Source of the DNA: Methanobacteriota archaeon
GTDB lineage: Archaea > Thermoplasmatota > Thermoplasmata > SG8-5 > JAGLSY01
NCBI GenBank assembly: GCA_020697715.1
Contig: JAEHCO010000001.1
Span: 64,001 to 128,000, forward strand
Direction: 5' to 3'
DNA: 64,000 nucleotides
Shown: positions 56,734-64,000 of the stretch, piece by piece
Layout of the letters: the number at the start of each line of letters is the position of its first letter
Numbering within the stretch: position 1 is the first letter of the stretch
Position numbers and translations under genes: made by a program
The notes under the pieces: model-generated
Databases searched by the model: none
What the model was told of the DNA's origin: nothing
What the model saw: only the letters and a program-made list of their open reading frames with translations

Positions 56734-58260
56734 GTGGAGAACATGAAAGTCATACTTGCAGGATACAATATCGATGCCACGATAATAGACAGGGCGAAGG
56801 CCGGAGAGATCGTCAAAGACCTCCCTCTTACACCGGAGACCGTTTCAGTGGCCTATGCCAGGATAAGCCGCGATCCCTCACCAGTCACCGAACTACGGCA
56901 GAAATCGATAGACGATGTGGAGGCCGCGAGAAGATCCGCCCGGGCTATTGTTTTTGAAATGAACCATCAATCCGTGGCCGAGCACGCGACCTTTAATTTC
57001 GATATATTGGACATATCCAGACTGTGTGTGGAATCATTGGAATGGCACCGCCTGTGCTCATTCACGGAGAAATCCCAAAGATACCAGGAACTCTTCGGTG
57101 ATTATCATATACCGAAGGAACTGGATGGTGATGCGAAAGACATCTTTGTGAAGACGATGGATGCACAGAATGAGCTTTATTCCAAGGCCTATGAGATACT
57201 ACTGGATCATTTCAAGAAGAAATTTCCCGACATGCTGGCGAAGAAGCGGGATCTGCGAGTGATACAAGGATATGCGAAAGAGGATGCCAGATACGCTGTC
57301 GGACTTTCCACAAAGGCTCAATTGGGCTTCTCGGCCAATGCGCGCAACCTGGAGTATCTTATCAGGAAACTCAGGGCAAACCCACTAGCCGAAGTAAGAG
57401 AACTTGGTGACGAATTCTTCAAGCTGGCAGGTGATGTCGCGCCTTCATTGATATTGCTTAGTGACCCTGTGGAATATGAGAAGGAGTTCGGAAGAATACT
57501 GAATGATGATTATTTCATGAAGACCAGGCCAGATGCTATCAAGAACTCGGAAGGGGCTTTCGAGGATATTGGAGATGATATAGAGAAATATCGCCTTGAC
57601 CTTCCAGAAGAAGGGGATATCAAACTGGTCGACTGGACACAGGATGCTGACAGGATCTTACTACAAACGATCCTGCATTCGCATTCACAGGCCACTATAG
57701 AGGATTGCATATCATTGGCAGAGAATCTGATTGATAATGGCAAAGCCGAGGACATGATGCGCGATTACATGGCTTATTCAAATCCCTGGGAAGCGGCCAC
57801 AAGGGAGTTCGAGGCCGTGGATTTCACATTCGAGGTCGTGCTGAGCTCCGCGTGCTATGGGCAGATGAAGAGACACAGGATGTGCACACAACTTGTCCAG
57901 GATTATGATCCATCACTTGGATACACCTATCCGCCATCGATCATCGAGACTGGATTGGAAGAGGATTTCAAGAAGATATACGACCTCACATCAGATGCTT
58001 ATTATGAGCTGGCCAAGACCCACAAGATCGCGGCACAGTATGTTCTGACAAATGGACACAGACGTAGGATGCTGGTCAAGGCCAATGCAAGAGAATTATA
58101 CCATATCTCGAGACTGAGGGAAGACGCGCACGCACAGTGGGATATTCAGAATGTATCCGCAGATATGCTCGCACTCGCCCGTGAAAAAGCACCTCTGACA
58201 CTGATGCTGGCATGGGGAAAGGATGCTTTCATTAGTAAGAAGAATGAGCTTTTCGATTAG
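56734..58260 (+). CDS. thyX: FAD-dependent thymidylate synthase with tandem ThyX domains
   Basis: H.SV.EH, WHRLCSFTEKSQRY, EDARY, N.R.L; second domain KRHR...NAREL.H...LR...HAQW.I. Confidence 0.88.
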   Translation: MENMKVILAGYNIDATIIDRAKAGEIVKDLPLTPETVSVAYARISRDPSPVTELRQKSIDDVEAARRSARAIVFEMNHQSVAEHATFNFDILDISRLCVESLEWHRLCSFTEKSQRYQELFGDYHIPKELDGDAKDIFVKTMDAQNELYSKAYEILLDHFKKKFPDMLAKKRDLRVIQGYAKEDARYAVGLSTKAQLGFSANARNLEYLIRKLRANPLAEVRELGDEFFKLAGDVAPSLILLSDPVEYEKEFGRILNDDYFMKTRPDAIKNSEGAFEDIGDDIEKYRLDLPEEGDIKLVDWTQDADRILLQTILHSHSQATIEDCISLAENLIDNGKAEDMMRDYMAYSNPWEAATREFEAVDFTFEVVLSSACYGQMKRHRMCTQLVQDYDPSLGYTYPPSIIETGLEEDFKKIYDLTSDAYYELAKTHKIAAQYVLTNGHRRRMLVKANARELYHISRLREDAHAQWDIQNVSADMLALAREKAPLTLMLAWGKDAFISKKNELFD

Positions 58261-58274
58261 AATGGAAGATAAGC

Positions 58275-58997
58275 CTATACCTGAATATCAAAAGAATAGC
58301 TGACGCTGGATGTTGGATCCGCCTGGCCATCATCACCCACGTTCTCAGCCGGCTTCCAGTTCCTGACCTCTGAAAGTCTTATTGCTTGCGGATTCATATC
58401 CGCAAGAAGTTGTGTCATACCAGCTATATGGCCATCACCCACGAAGGCCATGACCGATCCAAATTTCTGATCAAGAGAACGGATGGCATTGGCCATGTAT
58501 TCATTTCTCTTGTCTATCAAAGCGATCTTGATACTGGGAAAGGCCTTTCCGAATTCATCCATGTACTGCTCCTCCTTTTCATGGAATTTCTTCAGTTCCT
58601 TCTCCACCCTCTTCTTCCTGATGAACAATGTGGATACTCCAGCAAAGGATATTTTGATCTTTTCACCGAAAGTTATGTTCTTGTTTATCTCGTCTCTGGT
58701 CTTCATGATGTCCATGTCCACCAGAGCGTACTTCGCATTTATCTCGATCGCGGCATCCACGGCAGCCAACATCTCGCTACCGGCCTCGGTTCCGAACTCG
58801 CCAGCTATCCTATCCTGGAACTTTGAAAGAAGCTTATAGACCAAAGGAGCCTTTCCACCTCTTGCGCCTTGCCTCAATGTGGCGTATCGAAGCTTGTCCA
58901 GCTCCACAGCCACCACTGCCGGGGTCTCTTCCAGTATCATGCCCCGGATCTGGGACTTGATATCGAAGACATGGCCAACACCTACCAGGATTATCAT
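58275..58997 (-). CDS. TraB/PrgY/GumN-family protein
   Basis: LVGVGHV, VAVELD..R, G.EM..A, LID.RNEYMA, VG.GH. Confidence 0.87.
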   Translation of the reverse strand: MIILVGVGHVFDIKSQIRGMILEETPAVVAVELDKLRYATLRQGARGGKAPLVYKLLSKFQDRIAGEFGTEAGSEMLAAVDAAIEINAKYALVDMDIMKTRDEINKNITFGEKIKISFAGVSTLFIRKKRVEKELKKFHEKEEQYMDEFGKAFPSIKIALIDKRNEYMANAIRSLDQKFGSVMAFVGDGHIAGMTQLLADMNPQAIRLSEVRNWKPAENVGDDGQADPTSSVSYSFDIQV

Positions 58998-59056
58998 TGT
59001 TACTTCGATAGGGAAATAGGTATAAATATTCTATGTAACTATGTATCTTGGATATC

Positions 59057-59698
59057 ATGAAATTCAAGTTCGTCGCATTTGATCTGGATGGAGTACTGGT
59101 CTCCGAGCGGAGCTCGTGGGAATGGGTACATCACCACATGGGAGTGGATAATGAGGAAGGCTATCGTCTTTTCATGGATGGGAAGATAGACGATCATGAG
59201 TTCATGAGGCGTGATGTGGAGCAATGGAGGTCCATTGATCCAGATATTAAAATTCAAAGGATAGAGGAGATCTTGATGAGTGCCAGGCTGACCCCAGGCA
59301 TAGTGGAGACCATACGTATCCTCAAAGATAGAGGCAGTATTATCGGGATAATCAGCGGGGGCATCGACATACTAGCAGATCATGTGGGCAAGCTCTGCGA
59401 TGTGAATCATGTGATCGCGAATGGACTTGCTGTGGATGAAGATGGAAAATTAACTGGCGATGGAATATCCCGTGTGCTTCTGATGGACAAAGGCAGTGCA
59501 CTAAAAGATATGCTGGACACTGCCGGCATAGAGCCAAAGGACTGCGCGGTCATAGGAAATAGCTGCATAGACATAAGTATGTTCGAAGTTGGAGCATTTT
59601 CTATCGCTTTCAACCCGATCGATGAAGAAACCATTAGATCCGGAGATGTGGTCATACATTCGGATGATATGAGAGACATATTGCCTTATTTGATATGA
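59057..59698 (+). CDS. HAD-IB phosphatase (SerB-like)
   Basis: FDLDGVL, ISGG, ANGL, K, GNS..D. Confidence 0.85.
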   Translation: MKFKFVAFDLDGVLVSERSSWEWVHHHMGVDNEEGYRLFMDGKIDDHEFMRRDVEQWRSIDPDIKIQRIEEILMSARLTPGIVETIRILKDRGSIIGIISGGIDILADHVGKLCDVNHVIANGLAVDEDGKLTGDGISRVLLMDKGSALKDMLDTAGIEPKDCAVIGNSCIDISMFEVGAFSIAFNPIDEETIRSGDVVIHSDDMRDILPYLI

Positions 59699-59769
59699 AT
59701 TTATCAAGATAGACTAATGCTGGCCATATTGGCAATCTTTAATATAAAAAATATTTGAAATGCTACTTT

Positions 59770-60414
59770 CTAAACCCCATGCTCTCCCCTCATGGGGACA
59801 AAGGCACAGCCGCCTTTGGATTCCTCCGTGACCTTGCCATCCTTCTTGACCAGCCTGACCAGGTCTTGATAATAACCACTGCCAATTGGTATCACCATTA
59901 TGCCCTCATCTTTCAACTGGTCTATAAGAGGCTGGGGTACTTTAGGAGCTCCACAAGCCACCATGATCCGATCGTATGGAGCATGTTCCTCCAGACCCTT
60001 GGAGCCATCTGCATTGATGACTGTTATTCGATTATCTAATCCAATGCTCTTGATATTCGCTATCGCGATCTTGGACAATTCCTCAATGTATTCAATTGTA
60101 TAGACATGGCCATGCTCTCCAATAGCATGAGCCGCCATGGATGCGTGATAGCCAGATCCTGCGCCGATCTCCAATATCTTTTCGCCCCCAGATAGCTCCA
60201 GCATCTCAAGCATCATGCCAACCATATGAGGAGCGGAGATGGTCTGATCATTTCCTATTCGCAGAGGCGTATCGGAATAAGAAAAAGGCTTGAACTCATC
60301 GGGCACGAAATTCTCCCGAGGTATTTGGAGAAAGGCCTCTATGACCCTTTCACTACTCACATATCCTTGTGATCTCAGACTTTTGATCAAACGTTTCTTC
60401 TTTTCATCTAACAT
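59770..60414 (-). CDS. pcm: Protein-L-isoaspartate O-methyltransferase
   Basis: PRE.F, QTISAPHMV, LEIGAGSGY, APYDRI, FVPM. Confidence 0.95.
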   Translation of the reverse strand: MLDEKKKRLIKSLRSQGYVSSERVIEAFLQIPRENFVPDEFKPFSYSDTPLRIGNDQTISAPHMVGMMLEMLELSGGEKILEIGAGSGYHASMAAHAIGEHGHVYTIEYIEELSKIAIANIKSIGLDNRITVINADGSKGLEEHAPYDRIMVACGAPKVPQPLIDQLKDEGIMVIPIGSGYYQDLVRLVKKDGKVTEESKGGCAFVPMRGEHGV

Positions 60415-60654
60415 ATTAGCACAGGTTTATTGTTAAATTAGTATTAAGTCTGTCCCTCCTCTTCGTCCTGCCATTGATGAACATAGAATCGTGGATATTC
60501 CTTTTCCATCCTACACATTTAAATAGGTTTTTAAAGAAGGGTTATTAATGATGACTTCTTTATCCTGGGCTAGTGGGCTTAAAAAAGTGGTGAGGCTCGT
60601 TGATGAATATTCTAAGGGTGTCGGAGCCAAATAATATAACTAAAAGGTGAGGAT

Positions 60655-63144
60655 CTGGGACCCAAGAAAAAAGATGATGATGGCAAAAGCTGCCCAGTAT
60701 GTGGAGGTAGTATCAATACAGAAACAGGCATTTGTTCTGTTTGTGGTAAGGAACCTCTAGATGAGAAGCAGAAAGGCGGGAAAAAAGTTCAGATATCCAT
60801 GGTAAAGGATATATCATCAAAAAAAGCCTCTGGGAAGAAGGAAGAAAGTGGTAATGGCGGAGACCCAAAATTATCCAAACCATCAAAAGTGAGTAATGAG
60901 GATAAGGCACTCGCCAAATGGCTCAGTGGAGATAGTGAAAAAGAAGCTTTGGGAGATTGGCTAGGGGCAGAGCCAGAACCTTCTAAGGAAAAAAAGGCTG
61001 GCGGAAAAAAAGATGGGAAACCATCTGAAAAGAAAAAGGCTGAGCCAGATGATAAGACAAAAAAAGCAGAAAAAGACTCTGGGCCTGAAGAAGAGGGCGA
61101 TGACGCCTTGAAAAAATGGCTCAGTGGAGAGGAAGATACTCTCAGCGATTGGCTGGGGGATGAGGAGGAGGAAAAAAAGCCTGAACCTATTGGCCTTGGC
61201 TTAGAGCCAGTTGGTAAGGAGCTTCTGGAAAGGGAGAAGATCCTGAATGAGAGGGAGATCGAACTGGACAAGAAGCAACAGGAGATAGATGATCTCAAAT
61301 TGGAGATGTCCGAATTCAAGAAGAGTATGGAGTCTGAATTTGATAAGGTAAAGAGTGGTGACTTCGACCCTCTGGTCATTCTGGAAGAAACAGCCCGATT
61401 GAACAAAGACCTTCAGAATGAGATCAAAAAGAGAAAACAGCTTGAAGAGGAGATCGTCCAGGTCAAGAAGGGTAGCTTGGCCGTGATCAAATATGTGAAG
61501 ACGCAGAAGGGAGATTCCAGTGGTGTAGCCAAATCCCTCAAGAAGAAAGTGGAAGAGGACAGCGAGACCATTACAGAACTGGAAGCGGAGCTTAAAGCCA
61601 AGGAAGGCATTGTCGAGGAATTGAAAAAGCAGATCGACAAGGGTTTGGATTCTCTCCCTGAAGAGACCAAGGACATAAAGAAAAAGGAACTGGAGCTCAT
61701 TGAGAAGGAGAAGACCCTTGAAGCACAGCTTGAAGCCCATGTGGCAAAGGAAAAAGCATTGGAAAAGAAGTTAGCCAATGGCACAGTTTCTAGTGAGGCG
61801 GACTCTGACCTTCAGCAGAGAGTTATGGCGGAATTGGCCCAGAAAGAGCAGGAATTCATTGAGAAGGAAGGGGAAATGAAGAAGACCATACTTGATCTGG
61901 AAGAAAAGGTCAAGGAATTTGAAATTGATAATAAATTAAGATCAGAATCCAAGGAACTGGAGGGAAAATCAGATAGCGAGGTCAATGAGGAACTCGACCG
62001 TAAGGTGAGAGAACTTCAAGTAAAAGAAAAATCCCTTTTGCTGAGAGAGGATGAGATACAGCAGCTTAAGGACAAACTAAGAACCGCTGAAGATGAAATG
62101 AAGAAAATGAAAGAGCCACTGGCATACAAGGAAGAAGAGGTTCTGAGACGCGAAGAGGATATGATCTACCGTGAACAGATGCTCATGGAAGAGAGGAGGA
62201 AGCTGGAAGAGGCAATGAGGGAATCTGGCGGCCTGGAATCCCATGAGATGAAGAAAAAACTCCAAGAACTCCAGAATGAGATCAACCGAAAGGAAGATGA
62301 GCTCAGGGCGAAGGAGAAGTACATACAGGCCAAGACAGAGGACCTGAAGGTACGCGAGCAAGGTCTGATAGGTGATGAGATCGAGGCAAGAGAAGAGGAC
62401 CGGATGCTCGAATTGAAGATAGAGAAGGTCAAAACAGGAGACAGAAGACTGGATGACCTATTACTTGGTGGAATTCCATTTGGTAATAATATTCTCGTAT
62501 ATGGGCCACCATTCACAGGCAAAGAAGTTGTTATAAATGGCTTCATTGCCGAAGGATTGAAAAAGGGAGTGCCAGCTATCTGGGTCATCACGGATAAACT
62601 GCCTTCCGAGATAAGGGAAGAGATGATGTTCATGCTCCAGGGTTATGAGGAGTATGAGAAGATGGGACTCGTAAAATATGTTGATGCTTATTCAAGGTCC
62701 ATTGGTGTTGATGATGTCGAGGACCATGTTACATACGTGGAGGAGCCAACAGATTTCAAGGCAATAATGAAAGCTGTTGACGAGGTCTCCAAAGAATTCT
62801 TGAAAGAACATAAATATTACAGACTCGGGTTCAGATCCATATCCACCCTGATCGCATACCTGGATTCAGCATCCGCATTCAAATTCCTGCAACCATTCTG
62901 TGGCCGAAGAAAGAGAGAGAGAGCAGTGGGATTATTCGCCATTGAGAAAGGTATGCACGATGAACAGGACATTCAGATGATAGGAAGTGTAACGGATGGA
63001 ATTGTGGAATTCAAACTAGAACAATTGAAGACCTATCTTGCGATCAAGGGTCTTGGGGATGTTCAATCCAGAGCCTGGATAGATTACACTTACAGCAAGA
63101 AAGGACTGGTCATTGGATCATTCAGTCTGGATCATATCAGATGA
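60655..63144 (+). CDS. Zinc ribbon + charged linker + long coiled coil + degenerate KaiC/RAD55-like domain (proposed CTG start; track start 60799)
   Basis: Frame open from 60640; AGGTG 5 nt before CTG 60655; CPVCGGSINTETGICSVCG; KTG..RLDDLLLGGIP, GPPFTGKE. Confidence 0.82.
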   Translation: MGPKKKDDDGKSCPVCGGSINTETGICSVCGKEPLDEKQKGGKKVQISMVKDISSKKASGKKEESGNGGDPKLSKPSKVSNEDKALAKWLSGDSEKEALGDWLGAEPEPSKEKKAGGKKDGKPSEKKKAEPDDKTKKAEKDSGPEEEGDDALKKWLSGEEDTLSDWLGDEEEEKKPEPIGLGLEPVGKELLEREKILNEREIELDKKQQEIDDLKLEMSEFKKSMESEFDKVKSGDFDPLVILEETARLNKDLQNEIKKRKQLEEEIVQVKKGSLAVIKYVKTQKGDSSGVAKSLKKKVEEDSETITELEAELKAKEGIVEELKKQIDKGLDSLPEETKDIKKKELELIEKEKTLEAQLEAHVAKEKALEKKLANGTVSSEADSDLQQRVMAELAQKEQEFIEKEGEMKKTILDLEEKVKEFEIDNKLRSESKELEGKSDSEVNEELDRKVRELQVKEKSLLLREDEIQQLKDKLRTAEDEMKKMKEPLAYKEEEVLRREEDMIYREQMLMEERRKLEEAMRESGGLESHEMKKKLQELQNEINRKEDELRAKEKYIQAKTEDLKVREQGLIGDEIEAREEDRMLELKIEKVKTGDRRLDDLLLGGIPFGNNILVYGPPFTGKEVVINGFIAEGLKKGVPAIWVITDKLPSEIREEMMFMLQGYEEYEKMGLVKYVDAYSRSIGVDDVEDHVTYVEEPTDFKAIMKAVDEVSKEFLKEHKYYRLGFRSISTLIAYLDSASAFKFLQPFCGRRKRERAVGLFAIEKGMHDEQDIQMIGSVTDGIVEFKLEQLKTYLAIKGLGDVQSRAWIDYTYSKKGLVIGSFSLDHIR

Positions 63145-63218
63145 TCTGGGGATCATTCACAATGATCTTATTCACATTCAGAGGAAACATTAATAAGAAC
63201 AGATGAATTATTACTTAT

Positions 63219-64000
63219 GTGCAATCCAATAGACCTTTACCGCCACCACCTCCTGATTGGGATGGGGTATATCGGAATAGAGAAGAAGTGCCACAAAGAA
63301 GAAAAAGATCGAACAAGGCTTTCAAATCTCTATTCGCTCTGCTCGTAGCTATACTTCTACTATCACTGGTCTTCTTCGTACCCATGGATAATGGGAATTC
63401 CATATATAGTGAGCTGATAAATGATCTATCTAGCTCACTAGGGCCATCTATACCGGCCTATGCAGATTTCAAGATCACCAGAACTATATACATTTCAACC
63501 AATAAAGAGATAAATTACACATTGGATATTCCAATGCCAGAGGACATCATCTCAAATCAAGATTCGCCGATCCAGGTTGTCAATGAACTTACCACCGAAC
63601 CTTTTTCATATGACATTATACAGAAATATGGTAATGATTGGGCACTCTGGGATGGGATCATGTATTCAGGGTTCACTGCCACGATAACATATGACATGAG
63701 GGTTTATTCCGTCGTCCTGGACATATCTGAGGGGGATACAGGTATGGTGGATGATATACCCAATAATATGGAAAGATATCTTGACAATGAGTGGTTCATT
63801 GATAATGATTACAATGACAATGAATGGAAGATCGAGCCATCTGACAGTTCTATTAGATCACTTGCCAGATCATTGACGGATGATGAGGACGATGTATACA
63901 CCATGGTCAGGGCTGTGTATGATCATATGAGAGATGAATACACATATGATGATAATTCCCCTGGTGAGCCAAAGACCTGCACTGAGACATTGAGCGATAA
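63219..64000 (+). CDS. Membrane-anchored transglutaminase-like protein, 3' end beyond window
   Basis: Not in the track. Hand translation from GTG 63219: PPPPP, basic patch, TM LFALLVAILLLSLVFFV, then I.P....IRSLARSL...RAVYDHM...YTY...PKT..ETL, the usual lead-in to a transglutaminase core; catalytic Cys not in window. Confidence 0.72.
   Translation, partial: MQSNRPLPPPPPDWDGVYRNREEVPQRRKRSNKAFKSLFALLVAILLLSLVFFVPMDNGNSIYSELINDLSSSLGPSIPAYADFKITRTIYISTNKEINYTLDIPMPEDIISNQDSPIQVVNELTTEPFSYDIIQKYGNDWALWDGIMYSGFTATITYDMRVYSVVLDISEGDTGMVDDIPNNMERYLDNEWFIDNDYNDNEWKIEPSDSSIRSLARSLTDDEDDVYTMVRAVYDHMRDEYTYDDNSPGEPKTCTETLSD

Noticed and set aside
60444-60509. 21-codon minus-strand ORF MEKEYPRFYVHQWQDEEEGQT upstream of pcm
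   Set aside because: Too short to support without conservation or expression data
60789-61784. Ser/Phe/Leu-rich minus-strand ORFs
   Set aside because: Antisense shadows of the Glu/Lys-rich coiled-coil gene

Overview
Archaeal chromosomal segment. The gene content (class I LysRS, archaeal/eukaryote-type GlyRS, PriL, aCPSF1-psmB, fibrillarin, tandem ThyX, many KaiC/DUF835 domains, giant surface proteins) best fits a Thermoplasmatota lineage, which is an inference. About 53 CDS were found, with no rRNA, tRNA, CRISPR array or transposase. Housekeeping blocks surround a ~16 kb surface-glycan cluster (19.8-36.2 kb) and two large surface-protein genes (45.9-55.5 kb). Highlights: (1) an operon of two Rab-like small GTPases plus a V4R(Bet3-related)-DUF835 protein, with a Yip1-domain membrane protein nearby and a 2321-aa surface protein ending in a cytoplasmic longin-like domain, together resembling prokaryotic parts of a Rab/TRAPP-like switch; (2) a KaiC-type network that includes an ORF missing from the track (1..2660, minus; degenerate KaiC-like domain, 5 Zn ribbons, acidic linker, GLTNGQGRTN repeats, TM, ectodomain) and a Zn-ribbon/coiled-coil/dead-KaiC protein that appears to start at CTG; (3) two diverged gene-end stubs (44434-44460 and 48395-48436) that look like recombination scars; (4) an in-frame TGA at a Cys-like position in a hexapeptide acyltransferase; (5) several strongly structured intergenic regions. 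All family calls come from motif recognition by eye; no database search was run.
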